Origin: Candidatus Zambryskiibacteriota bacterium
Lineage (GTDB): Bacteria; Patescibacteriota; Minisyncoccia; Phycocordibacterales; Zambryskibacteraceae
Direction of reading: 5' to 3'
Assembly (NCBI GenBank): GCA_016180955.1
Contig: JACPAD010000001.1
Coordinates: 75,516 to 139,515, forward strand
DNA: 64,000 bases
Below are positions 48,521 through 58,073 of this stretch, piece after piece. Positions within the stretch are counted from its first letter, which is position 1. Each line of letters begins with the position of its first letter. The translations under genes and the position numbers were made by a program. Under the pieces are notes generated by a model. The model saw only the letters and a list, made by a program, of their open reading frames with translations, searched no databases and had not been told where the DNA came from.

Positions 48521-49390
48521 ATGGCAAATAAAGTACTTGTTATTCTCGGCCCTACAGCATCCGGAAAAAGCGATTTGGCAGTGCGACTCGCGAAGAAATT
48601 CAAAGGTGAGGTGATTTCCGCCGATTCGCGGCAAGTTTACAGAGGGCTAAACATAGGCACGGGCAAAATTACCAAGAAAGAAATGCAAGGTGTTCCCCAC
48701 TATCTCCTGGATGTAGCGAATCCGAAAAAGCAATTTTCTGCCAGTGATTTTGTGAAAAAGGCCAATGAGGCAATTGCTATGATATATCATAGCGGTCACT
48801 TGCCGATTGTCGTGGGTGGTACGGGATTTTATATAGATGCCCTGGCTGGAAATATTTTTCTACCAGATGTGCCTCCGAATAAAAAGTTACGGACAAAGTT
48901 AAGTAAAAAGTCCAACAAAGCACTCTTTAAAATGCTTCAGAAAAAAGATCCGCGGCGAGCAAAAACTATAGACTTCAACAACAAAGTGCGTCTAATACGA
49001 GCCCTCGAAATTGTAAAAGCTATAGGAAAAATCCCCCAACTTGGAAGCTCAACCTCCAAGTCTATATACAGCTTCATTTTTATCGGACTTAAACCGGATA
49101 ATTTAAAAAATCGGATAGAAAAGAGAGTCAAAAAAATGTTTAAACAAGGACTTCTGAAAGAAATCATAAAGCTGAAGAAATCAGGGGTCTCAAATAAAAG
49201 ATTGAAAGAACTCGGCTTTGAATATTGGAATCCGACTGAAGAAAGTGTCATCAAAAATAGCATTAAGTACGCCAAGCGGCAGATGACCTGGTTTAAGAGA
49301 AATAAGCAAATTAAATGGTTTACCTTGAGCGCAATCGAAGGATTTAAGCCGGAAGAATACAAGAAAATAGAGAAATATGTTAGGGTGTGA
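48521..49390 (+). CDS. miaA: tRNA dimethylallyltransferase
   Basis: GPTASGKS, SADSRQVY, GGTGFY, YAKRQMTWF; true start at ATG 48521. Confidence 0.97.
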   Translation: MANKVLVILGPTASGKSDLAVRLAKKFKGEVISADSRQVYRGLNIGTGKITKKEMQGVPHYLLDVANPKKQFSASDFVKKANEAIAMIYHSGHLPIVVGGTGFYIDALAGNIFLPDVPPNKKLRTKLSKKSNKALFKMLQKKDPRRAKTIDFNNKVRLIRALEIVKAIGKIPQLGSSTSKSIYSFIFIGLKPDNLKNRIEKRVKKMFKQGLLKEIIKLKKSGVSNKRLKELGFEYWNPTEESVIKNSIKYAKRQMTWFKRNKQIKWFTLSAIEGFKPEEYKKIEKYVRV

Positions 49391-49408
49391 AGAGAAACGG
49401 AGGGCTCG

Positions 49409-49924
49409 GTGAACAGTGAAGAAAAAGACCTCAAGAACGGCGCGAACCTTATTGTGCTCGACGAGCACGAGAAGATTCTCGTCGTGAAAGAAAAAACCCG
49501 CAAGCAGAAATGGCTACTCCCCGGAGGCGAGGTAGAGCGCGGCGAATCACCGCGGCACGCGGCACAGTCTGAAACCGAGGAAGAGACCGGAGTCGTCACA
49601 GACGAGGCCGACTTTCTCCTCATCGGTGCCTTTGTTCAACGACCAAAAGGCGTCGTCTTCTTGTACGAAACGCGCCACGTCAAAAGCGGGATCCATGTTT
49701 CGCCCGACAGTACCGAAGCAGAGAAGGCCGAGTACATGAGCTTCGAGGAAGTCATAGAGATAGGAGAGGACGGGTTCAGAACTGCCTATCTGCGAATGAT
49801 TTTGCGCTGGAAACGGTGCCAGCTCGGAATCGACAAGATCCCGTACGAAGGCCGCCTTAGCGATCGGGTAGAATTTCCGCGACACCTTATCGGAAACTAT
49901 TCCGACATTGTTCTTACCGTCTAG
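49409..49924 (+). CDS. NUDIX hydrolase
   Basis: PGGEVERGES..AAQSETEEETG Nudix box; GGAGG SD + GTG; hairpin after stop. Confidence 0.88.
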   Translation: MNSEEKDLKNGANLIVLDEHEKILVVKEKTRKQKWLLPGGEVERGESPRHAAQSETEEETGVVTDEADFLLIGAFVQRPKGVVFLYETRHVKSGIHVSPDSTEAEKAEYMSFEEVIEIGEDGFRTAYLRMILRWKRCQLGIDKIPYEGRLSDRVEFPRHLIGNYSDIVLTV

Positions 49925-49991
49925 GGGAAGGCAATAGCCTTCCCCTACTCTTTTTATTGCCAGAATTTCCATAACAAATTAAAATTATCAG

Positions 49992-50669
49992 GTGAAAGCA
50001 ATAATTCTCGCAGCTGGAGTTGGAAGCAGATTACATCCTCTGACCCAAGAAACCCCGAAAACGCTTATAGAAATAAGCGGCAAGCCGATAGTTGAAAGAA
50101 TTTTTGAATCTTTGCCGGAGGAAATCGATGAGGTTGTTCTCGTCGTCGAGCACCTGAAAGAGAGAGTAAAAGCACATCTCGGCAACAACTTTAACAACAG
50201 GAAAATTATTTACGTTAATCAGGGTGATAAAAAGGGCACTTTCGGCGCGTTACTTTCTGCGAGAGAATTTGTAAATGACGATGAATTTTTTCTGGTTCTC
50301 AACGGTGATGACCTGCACAGTAAAAACGAGCTCAGCCAATTTCTAAACAATGGCAGAGCTTTAGGAGTACAGAGAGCAGTAATGCCAAATTACTATTCTG
50401 TAGTAGTAAACAGCGTTAGTTTCGTGGAAAAATTTCGGCCACAGACAGAAAAAGAAAAAATATTCGGGACACTTATAGCAACGGGAGTGTATGTACTAGA
50501 TTCAGAAATTTTCAAGCAGCCGGGTGTCGTAGTCTATGGCGGTGAATACGGCCTGCCGCAGACAATACTCGCCCAGAAAGACGACTTCCCCATCAAAGCA
50601 ATTGTGACTGAGAAATGGGTTCCGATAAACTCATTTGCTGATATCGAAAGAGCTAATAAACTGTGGTAG
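49992..50669 (+). CDS. Sugar-phosphate nucleotidyltransferase family protein
   Basis: ILAAGVGSRL.PLT..PK, LNGDD. Confidence 0.9.
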   Translation: MKAIILAAGVGSRLHPLTQETPKTLIEISGKPIVERIFESLPEEIDEVVLVVEHLKERVKAHLGNNFNNRKIIYVNQGDKKGTFGALLSAREFVNDDEFFLVLNGDDLHSKNELSQFLNNGRALGVQRAVMPNYYSVVVNSVSFVEKFRPQTEKEKIFGTLIATGVYVLDSEIFKQPGVVVYGGEYGLPQTILAQKDDFPIKAIVTEKWVPINSFADIERANKLW

Positions 50670-50682
50670 GATGGCCCTGTTT

Positions 50683-50753
50683 GGGCGATTAGTTAAGTGG
50701 CATAACTTCGGTCTCCAAAACCGATGTCGGGGGTTCGATTCCCTCATCGCCCG
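50683..50753 (+). tRNA. tRNA-Trp(CCA)
   Basis: gggcgat..atcgccc; tcggt-ctCCAaa-accga. Confidence 0.96.
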
Positions 50754-50990
50754 CCTTCGCTCGCCGAAGCTCGCCAGAGCGTAGTCGAGCTTCGCCATAG
50801 CTTCGGCGTGACACAGCCCGCTTTTACGCCTTTTTCTCTTTGTAAATCGTGTGTTTGCGAATCAGAGGGTTGTACTTTTTAAATTCGAGTTTTCTCTCAA
50901 CGGACTTTTTATTCTTACGCGAATAATAAGTGTGGCCACGGCCTGCCCCCATATCGTCTCCTACCGAGACGAGCTTGATGAGATGAATCT

Positions 50991-51773
50991 GTGACATCCC
51001 AGTTAGACTACCTTAAATCCAGAGTTTTGCAACCTGCTATAAAACAGGTAAAATTGGTGGCGGAAAGGAGTGTGGCCTTGACCATACGCACAGTAAACGA
51101 CCTGATTAGGTCCTTCATGGAAAAGTGTAAGATCGAACGCGGCCAAGGCGGCACATCACTGCCTGCGCCACTGGGAACTTTCCCCATCTACTCGAAGCTC
51201 GTCAGAGTTCTGCGACAAGAAGGATTTCTGATCGAGAGATACCAAGACGGCTCGATAACACTCTCGGACCCCGAACAGAGACTGGTACGCAAGTTCCGTC
51301 CCCGTTCACAGCCGAAATTCTCACACCTCATGACGAGGCCGGAGATTTTCGTCTGGCCGACACCGGCCATGGACTACGAGCAAGAGCGTGTCACTTGTCC
51401 GCTTGTCATCCGTACCTGCGACGGAGAAACCTTCCCGCAGAGCTTCAACACACACATGTGTTGGGCCATCACTGCGGCTTATCCAAAGTGCCACTGGATA
51501 ATCCGCGAGACCAGCCACTCGAAGCTAGTGAGCAAAGAGTGGAGCGAGCTCGGCTTCGGCAAGCTTATTTCTACCTCGAAGCTCTTCGATGAGTTTGCCG
51601 GCGACAACGAGACTCTGCACAGGCTCTCGCGCGCCGGTATCGGGATCTTCAATCCAAACCCGAGCTCGTTCCAGTTCGTCGCCAAGAGAGATATCTCCGA
51701 AGTGCTCGCCTCTTGGTATGAGCAATTCCGTACTTTGCAGTCGAACTTAGAACGCTTCGCAATACAACTCTAG
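50991..51773 (+). CDS. Hypothetical protein between two tRNAs
   Basis: 260-aa ORF (start uncertain); hairpin at 51788..51817. Confidence 0.7.
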   Translation: MTSQLDYLKSRVLQPAIKQVKLVAERSVALTIRTVNDLIRSFMEKCKIERGQGGTSLPAPLGTFPIYSKLVRVLRQEGFLIERYQDGSITLSDPEQRLVRKFRPRSQPKFSHLMTRPEIFVWPTPAMDYEQERVTCPLVIRTCDGETFPQSFNTHMCWAITAAYPKCHWIIRETSHSKLVSKEWSELGFGKLISTSKLFDEFAGDNETLHRLSRAGIGIFNPNPSSFQFVAKRDISEVLASWYEQFRTLQSNLERFAIQL

Positions 51774-51861
51774 GTTCGACTTTTCCCGCCCCAGCTTCGC
51801 TAACGCGAAGCTGGGGCAAGTTTTTGCAAGTGTTGTAATTTTGTATTAAAATATCGCGGTT

Positions 51862-51944
51862 GCGCCGGTCGTATAGCGGCAATTACACCGCGCTGTAAAC
51901 GCGGCGGCCTTTGGCCTACGGGGGTCCGAGTCCCTCCCGGCGCA
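51862..51944 (+). tRNA. tRNA-Tyr(GTA)
   Basis: gcgccgg..ccggcgc; ccgcg-ctGTAaa-cgcgg; long variable arm; T-loop TCCGAG. Confidence 0.93.
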
Positions 51945-51969
51945 CAAAATTCCTGTGTCTTGTTATAAA

Positions 51970-54645
51970 CTACTTCAAAGCTTCAACTTTTCTCGTCGTG
52001 AGAGTGCTGATACGGCCGGAGTGTTTTGACTTCCTGACATCGAAAGTAAATTGTCCACTATCAACATCAACTGCGATGGTACCGCCAGAGAGCACTTTGT
52101 TTGAAATCATCATCGAGGCGACGGGATTCAAAATCTTTTCCTGTATCAAACGCTTCAACGGCCTTGCGCCGTACTGCGGGTTGTAGCCTTCTTTGGAGAG
52201 AAGCTCTAATACTTCTTCGGTGACGGAGAGCTCGATTTCTTTCTCCTTCATGCGCTCCTTAACGATGTTAATCTGGATTTTAACAATCTCTTTGATTGCC
52301 TCTTTAGAGAGCACGTCGAAGACAATAATGTCATCGAGGCGGTTCAGGAACTCGGGACGGAAGTGGTCCTTCAAGGTTCCAAGTACTTTCTCTTTCACTT
52401 CTCCATAGCTCTCTTTTTCACCCTTGTTGAAGCCAATCGACTGCATCTTGTCGATGTATTGCGCACCAATATTCGAAGTCATAATAATAACCGTGCTTTT
52501 GAAGTTGACCACTCTCCCCTTCGCATCCGTAAGTCTGCCGTTGTCGAGTATCTGCAAAAGGACGTTGAAGACTTCCGGATGTGCCTTCTCAATCTCGTCG
52601 AAGAGGACGACGGAATAAGGTCGATGGCGCACAGACTCCGCGAAAGGCGAGCCTTCTTCGAAACCGACGTAGCCAGGCGGCGAGCCGATCAGTTTCGATA
52701 CCGAGTGCCTCTCCATCATCTCCGACATATCGACACGAATAAGCGCTTTCTCGTCGTCGAACATGAACTCGGCCAGTGCTTTAGTAAGCTCGGTCTTGCC
52801 TACTCCGGTAGGTCCTAGGAATATAAAGGAGCCGATTGGACGGTTCGGGTCGGAAATGCCAGCGCGGCTTCGTTTAACGGTATCAGAAATTTTCCTCACC
52901 GCTTCATCCTGACCGACAATACGTTTCTTCAGAAACTCTTCCATGCGCGAGAGCTTCTCGGCTTCTTCTTCAAGCATCCTTGAGACGGGAATGCCGGTCC
53001 AACGGGAAACCACGTTGGCAATATCCTGCGCTGTAATCTCTTCCTTAAGAATGCGGCGTGAGCTCTGGAGTTTTTTAAGTCGCTTGGACTTTAAATCAAG
53101 TTCGCGGAGAAGTTCCGGCATCTTGCCGTAGCGCAGTTCGGCCGCGCGCGAGAGGTCTGCGCGGGCTTCGGCCGCTTCGGCCTCTAAGCGGGTGGCCTCA
53201 AGACTTTTCTTAATTTCTTTGATTTCGCCAACGGTTTCCTTCTCATTCTTCCACTTCAGTTCAATCTCGGCCGTCTTCTCGCGCAGGTCGGCAATCTCTT
53301 TGTCAATTACTTTTAGACGCGCCTTGACCTTCGGCGACCCTTCTTCTTTTTTAAGCGCTTCCTTTTCTATCTCAAGCTTCATGGTCTTGGAATGAGCGTC
53401 CTGAAGAATCGGCGGCATGTTTTCCAGAGAAATTTTGAGATAAGAAGAAGCTTCATCTATAAGGTCTACCGCTTTGTCTGGCAGAAACCGGTCAGTAATA
53501 TAACGCGAAGAGAGAGTGACTGCGGCCTGAATGGCATCGTCGGTGATGCGCACGCCATGGTAGAGCTCATAGCGTTCTTTGAGGCCGCGCAGAATGGTCA
53601 TGGCGTCCTCGATAGAAGGCTCCTGTACGTAGACCGGCTGGAAACGTCGGGTAAGCGCTGGATCTTTCTCGATATGCTTCTGGTACTCGCGCAAGGTGGT
53701 GGCCCCGATGGCGCGCAGCTCGCCTCTGGCAAGCGGCGGCTTCAGCATGTTGGAGGCGTCCATCGAACCTTCGGCCGCGCCGGCGCCGACTATAGTATGA
53801 ATCTCGTCAATGAAGAGAATGATCTTACCTTCTGATTTCTCAATATCTTTGATGATGTTTTTGAGCCGTTCCTCGAACTCGCCGCGATACTTCGTTCCCG
53901 CGATGAGTAAGCCGAGGTCAAGCGAGACCAGCTCCTTCTCCTTGAGCGACTCGGGAACATTGCCTGAAGCGATACGTAGAGCCAGTCCTTCGGCGATTGC
54001 TGTTTTGCCGACACCAGCTTCACCGATAAGAATAGGATTGTTTTTTGTGCGGCGAGAAAGAATTTGGATGATGCGGGAAATCTCGTCGTCGCGGCCGATG
54101 ACCGGATCGAGTTTGTTGTTCTTGGCAAGCGTTGTGAGCGAGCGAGTGTATTTCGTCAGCGATTTAAATTTCTTGGATTCTTTTGGCCCTTCGGTAGTGG
54201 TTTTCTTAAGCTCTTCGAGCACCTTAACCACTGTCTGGCGATCAATCTTGAATTTGAACAGAAGCTCGCGGGCTTCGCCAGGCACATCAAGGATAGCAAT
54301 GAAGAGATGTTCGGTGGAGACGAATTCATCGCCGAGCGATTGTGCTACTTTACTTGAAGTTTCTATGGCGTGAGCGAGCTCCGGCGTAAGGTAAATCTGA
54401 TAAGAAGGAGAGATTGTTTGACTAGCTTCCGGCTGCTCGATTGAATCGAGCACGGAGTCGGTAAGAAGAATAGTATCGACATCCATCTTATCGAGAATAG
54501 AGATAGCCATCGACTCTTCTTGAAGAAGAAGCGCTGCCAAGAGATGAACGGGACTGACATGATTCTGGCCACGCTCAATAGCCAGCTCATGGGCCTTGCG
54601 GATAACTTCTTTTGCTTTAGTGGTGAAGTGATTAAATGGTTGCAT
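51970..54645 (-). CDS. clpB: AAA+ chaperone ClpB
   Basis: Clp N domain, two Walker A motifs ([16 protein letters not shown]), long M-domain with RAAELRYG. Confidence 0.93.
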   Translation of the reverse strand: MQPFNHFTTKAKEVIRKAHELAIERGQNHVSPVHLLAALLLQEESMAISILDKMDVDTILLTDSVLDSIEQPEASQTISPSYQIYLTPELAHAIETSSKVAQSLGDEFVSTEHLFIAILDVPGEARELLFKFKIDRQTVVKVLEELKKTTTEGPKESKKFKSLTKYTRSLTTLAKNNKLDPVIGRDDEISRIIQILSRRTKNNPILIGEAGVGKTAIAEGLALRIASGNVPESLKEKELVSLDLGLLIAGTKYRGEFEERLKNIIKDIEKSEGKIILFIDEIHTIVGAGAAEGSMDASNMLKPPLARGELRAIGATTLREYQKHIEKDPALTRRFQPVYVQEPSIEDAMTILRGLKERYELYHGVRITDDAIQAAVTLSSRYITDRFLPDKAVDLIDEASSYLKISLENMPPILQDAHSKTMKLEIEKEALKKEEGSPKVKARLKVIDKEIADLREKTAEIELKWKNEKETVGEIKEIKKSLEATRLEAEAAEARADLSRAAELRYGKMPELLRELDLKSKRLKKLQSSRRILKEEITAQDIANVVSRWTGIPVSRMLEEEAEKLSRMEEFLKKRIVGQDEAVRKISDTVKRSRAGISDPNRPIGSFIFLGPTGVGKTELTKALAEFMFDDEKALIRVDMSEMMERHSVSKLIGSPPGYVGFEEGSPFAESVRHRPYSVVLFDEIEKAHPEVFNVLLQILDNGRLTDAKGRVVNFKSTVIIMTSNIGAQYIDKMQSIGFNKGEKESYGEVKEKVLGTLKDHFRPEFLNRLDDIIVFDVLSKEAIKEIVKIQINIVKERMKEKEIELSVTEEVLELLSKEGYNPQYGARPLKRLIQEKILNPVASMMISNKVLSGGTIAVDVDSGQFTFDVRKSKHSGRISTLTTRKVEALK

Positions 54646-54650
54646 GGGGA

Positions 54651-55634
54651 CTATTTTATCATACTTTGCACCGTCTCACAAAATATTTTTATGGCTATAT
54701 CTATATCTTTTTTTATCGTGGGACGGCCGAAAGAGAAGCGTACCGGCGTATCGGCCGGCTCGGATTTGTTGGACTCGCAAGCAGGCCCGGCAGAGACCGA
54801 CACCCCCTTATGATCGAGTGCCAGTACTAGGTATTCCGGAAGAATGCCAGGTATGAAGACATTAACTATATTTGGAGATATTTGCACCGCTTGAGCGTGC
54901 GGCACGAGCTGAGAAATAGACTCTAAAAAGTCCCGGCTCAAAGAAGACAGACGAATTGCTTCCGCTTCCCTGTCGCGCACGGCAATCTCTAAAGCTTTGG
55001 CAAATCCGGCAATAAGAGGGACTGGCGGCGTGCCAAGCGGGGGTAAATTCAAATAAACGCCTCTTCTTATAACCAAAGCCCCGATACCTTTCGGTCCGTA
55101 GAGTTTGGCTGCGTCGAGCGTAAGAATGTCGCAGGCCAGAGCTTCGAGACTGATATTGAAGTAAGAAGCTGTTTGCGAGGCATCAATATGAAGAAGTGGA
55201 TATGCGGAATTATTTTTTTTCCTCTCCTCGCGAATTTTGCGGCCCAGTTTGTTATCAGTAGCGACACTTGAGATAAGAGTGGTCTTCGAACCACTTATTC
55301 CTTTTGCGGCATCAAAAACAGACGGATGGCATTCCGGCTCAATAATAATCTTGCCGGACACAACGCCTCTTACAGCCAGAATATTTGCTTCTGTGCCTCC
55401 GGAAGTAAAAATTACAGAATCTTTTGCAACTCCCAGGAGTCCGGCAATCTTGGTGCGATATTTTTCAACTTCTTTTTTTACTCTTACTCCTTCTTCATAG
55501 ATAGCATTGGGATTATAAAAATTTTTCGTCCAGTATTTCTCCATCTCACGTTTCACTTCCGGCAAGACCGGCGTCGCCGACGCGTAGTCGAGATAAATCC
55601 TCTTTTTCTTAAATAAATTCTTAAACCAATCCAT
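54651..55634 (-). CDS. Shortened cysteine desulfurase (IscS/NifS class V PLP enzyme)
   Basis: [40 protein letters not shown]. Confidence 0.88.
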   Translation of the reverse strand: MDWFKNLFKKKRIYLDYASATPVLPEVKREMEKYWTKNFYNPNAIYEEGVRVKKEVEKYRTKIAGLLGVAKDSVIFTSGGTEANILAVRGVVSGKIIIEPECHPSVFDAAKGISGSKTTLISSVATDNKLGRKIREERKKNNSAYPLLHIDASQTASYFNISLEALACDILTLDAAKLYGPKGIGALVIRRGVYLNLPPLGTPPVPLIAGFAKALEIAVRDREAEAIRLSSLSRDFLESISQLVPHAQAVQISPNIVNVFIPGILPEYLVLALDHKGVSVSAGPACESNKSEPADTPVRFSFGRPTIKKDIDIAIKIFCETVQSMIK

Positions 55635-55694
55635 GCCGACATTCTATATGTCAGAAGTGTTTTTGCAATATATTTGTGATAGTCTAGCAGAGCA

Positions 55695-57179
55695 ATGGAA
55701 ACTCGCCCCCCAGTAGTAGGTATCTTCGGACATATCGACCATGGTAAGTCGACGCTCCTTGATTACATCCGGAAAACCAATGTGACGGAGAAAGAGATCG
55801 GCGGCATCACTCAGCACATCAGCGCTTACGAAGTAATGCATAAGCTCAAAGACGGCCTAGAGAGCAGAATCACTTTCCTCGACACGCCGGGACACGAGGC
55901 CTTCAGTTCGGTCCGTACTCGCGGAGCAAACGTCGCAGACATCGCTATCCTTGTTGTCTCGGCTGAGGACGGAGTAAAACCGCAAACGCTTGAAGTTTAT
56001 AAATACATAAAAGAAAGCTCTCTACCTTACATCGTCGCCATTACAAAAATTGACAAACCTTCAGCCGATATAGAAAGAGCGAAGCAAAATTTAGCAGAAA
56101 ACGGAATTTTCGTGGAGGGTTATGGCGGCGATATCTCTGTCGTCCCTCTTTCTGCCAAAACCGGCCAAGGTGTGGACGAACTGTTGGAAATGCTAACTTT
56201 AACGGCTGGACTTTTAGAATTGAAAGCAGACCCTGAAGAACTTGGCTCCGGAATAATCATCGAAAGTAGGCTCGACCCTAAGCGAGGAATCACGGCAGTT
56301 GGTATTATAAAAAACGGTACTGTGCGCAAGGGATGCTTTGCCGCCTCCAGCGAAGCGATAGCACCGCTTCGCTATCTCTTGGATGCAGGAGGCAATACGG
56401 TTGAAGAGCTTTCCTTCTCGTCTCCAGTGCAAATTGTCGGCTGGGATAAGCTTCCTCGCATCGGATCCGAATTCAAAACATTTTTGAAGAAAGAGGGCGC
56501 CTTTGCGTACGCAAAGACACATGATTTAGGATTTAAGATTAAAGATTCAGAAATAAGAGAAATCGCGGAAGGTGCGGCAATACTGCCGATAATTCTGAAA
56601 GCCGACACAGCCGGTTCACTTGAGGCGATTGAAAATGAGATCAGGAAAGTTTCCCGCGAAAGAATTGTGCCGAAGATTGTTCTCTCAAACGTCGGCGCTA
56701 TTAATGAAAACGATGTGAAGTCTGCCCTGTCTTCAACGAATGCGATAATCTTGGGATTCAATACTAAAGTGGATAATCAGGCAAAAGCGCTTGCCGAACG
56801 CTCCAGTGTCCCGATAGAACTTTTTGATATTATTTACGAACTCACTGACAGAGTTGCGGTGCTTCTCGCCGAACGCGAGCCGAAAATTGAGGTGGAGGAA
56901 GTGACAGGCAGTGCCCGAGTGCTTAAACTCTTCAGCTCTGCGAAGGGTAAACAAGTTATAGGCGCGAGAGTGCTCTCCGGAACACTCTCGCGCGGCGCTA
57001 ATTTAAAGATAGTGCGTCGCGAGACTGAAATTGCCAGCGGAAAAATTAAGGAACTCCAACAAGCCAAAGTGGCAACAGACTCTGTCGGTGAATGGTCGGA
57101 ATTCGGTGCTATGGTAGAGTCAAAAATAGAAATTGTTCCGGGAGATATTCTTGAAGCTTTTACTTTGGTTACAAAGTGA
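55695..57179 (+). CDS. infB: Translation initiation factor IF-2 (no N-terminal extension)
   Basis: [32 protein letters not shown]. Confidence 0.97.
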   Translation: METRPPVVGIFGHIDHGKSTLLDYIRKTNVTEKEIGGITQHISAYEVMHKLKDGLESRITFLDTPGHEAFSSVRTRGANVADIAILVVSAEDGVKPQTLEVYKYIKESSLPYIVAITKIDKPSADIERAKQNLAENGIFVEGYGGDISVVPLSAKTGQGVDELLEMLTLTAGLLELKADPEELGSGIIIESRLDPKRGITAVGIIKNGTVRKGCFAASSEAIAPLRYLLDAGGNTVEELSFSSPVQIVGWDKLPRIGSEFKTFLKKEGAFAYAKTHDLGFKIKDSEIREIAEGAAILPIILKADTAGSLEAIENEIRKVSRERIVPKIVLSNVGAINENDVKSALSSTNAIILGFNTKVDNQAKALAERSSVPIELFDIIYELTDRVAVLLAEREPKIEVEEVTGSARVLKLFSSAKGKQVIGARVLSGTLSRGANLKIVRRETEIASGKIKELQQAKVATDSVGEWSEFGAMVESKIEIVPGDILEAFTLVTK

Positions 57180-57249
57180 GATTTAGAATTTAAAATTTAG
57201 AATTTTCATTGGAAATTTATTGAAAATTTTAAATTGAAAATTAAAAATT

Positions 57250-57570
57250 ATGAAAGAACTCAAGCGTGAACGAACGGCAGAGATAATACACAGGCTGGCT
57301 GCCAAATTTGTCAGAAATGTTTCGAGTATGGCCTCCCTCATCACCATCACTCGCGTCGAACTTAGCCAAACCGGCAAAGAGTCAAAGATATTTTTCACTA
57401 CTCTGCCTGAATCAGAGGAGGATACGGCGCTTAAATTTTTAGAAAGAAAAATTCCGGAATTTAAAAGATACGTCAGAGACGAATCCCGCCTCGGCTTGGT
57501 ACCGCATATCGACTTCAAAATAGATTATGGGGAAAGAAACCGCCAACGGCTCGACGAGCTCGGCCGTTAA
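57250..57570 (+). CDS. rbfA: Ribosome-binding factor A
   Basis: ITITRVELS, VP.IDF..D; follows infB. Confidence 0.9.
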   Translation: MKELKRERTAEIIHRLAAKFVRNVSSMASLITITRVELSQTGKESKIFFTTLPESEEDTALKFLERKIPEFKRYVRDESRLGLVPHIDFKIDYGERNRQRLDELGR

Positions 57571-57577
57571 AACTTTA

Positions 57578-57648
57578 TGCGGGTAGAGAGAATCGAACTC
57601 TCGCTTCAACCTTGGGAAGGTCGCGTCCTACCACTAAACCATACCCGC
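57578..57648 (-). tRNA. tRNA-Gly(CCC)
   Basis: Reverse complement: gcgggta..tacccgc; cgacc-ttCCCaa-ggttg. Confidence 0.96.
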
Positions 57649-57656
57649 AAAAACTG

Positions 57657-57739
57657 TGGGTCAGGAGGGAGTCGGACCCTCATCCGCAGAGCGGACAACA
57701 TTTTAAGTGTTGCGCGTATACCTATTCCGCCACTGACCC
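57657..57739 (-). tRNA. tRNA-Leu(TAA)
   Basis: Reverse complement: gggtcag..ctgaccc; caaca-ctTAAaa-tgttg; T-loop TCCGAC. Confidence 0.93.
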
Positions 57740-57771
57740 AAACTCGCCACTTAGTGATAGTATCACTAAGG

Positions 57772-57846
57772 TGGAGGCGTAGAGGGGAATTGAACCCCTG
57801 CATAACGGTTTTGCAGACCGCCGCGTTACCACTTCGCCACTACGCC
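57772..57846 (-). tRNA. tRNA-Cys(GCA), CCA encoded
   Basis: Reverse complement: ggcgtag..ctacgcc-tcca; gcggt-ctGCAaa-accgt. Confidence 0.96.
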
Positions 57847-57907
57847 GATAAATTTACTTTATCATAATTGATTAATCGGTGCTTTTTTGAAATACTGATT
57901 GTTGTTT

Positions 57908-57980
57908 GCGCCCATAGCTCAGTTGGTAGAGCAGATCCCTCTTAAGGATAAGGTCCGAGGTTCGAGACCTCGTGGGCGCA
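57908..57980 (+). tRNA. tRNA-Lys(CTT)
   Basis: gcgccca..tgggcgc; atcc-ctCTTaa-ggat. Confidence 0.94.
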
Positions 57981-57982
57981 CT

Positions 57983-58063
57983 GGGCGGGTGGCGAAATGG
58001 CAGACGCACTTGCTTTAGGAGCAAGCGGGGTAACCCGTGGAGGTTCAAGTCCTCTCCCGCCCA
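57983..58063 (+). tRNA. tRNA-Leu(TAG)
   Basis: gggcggg..cccgccc; cttgc-ttTAGga-gcaag. Confidence 0.96.
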
Positions 58064-58073
58064 CTTGGAATTT

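Noticed and set aside
57972-58073. ORF-track N-terminal extension of rnr, and ORFs 57577..57867 and 57606..57803
   Set aside because: They overlap the tRNA cluster and are spurious translations.
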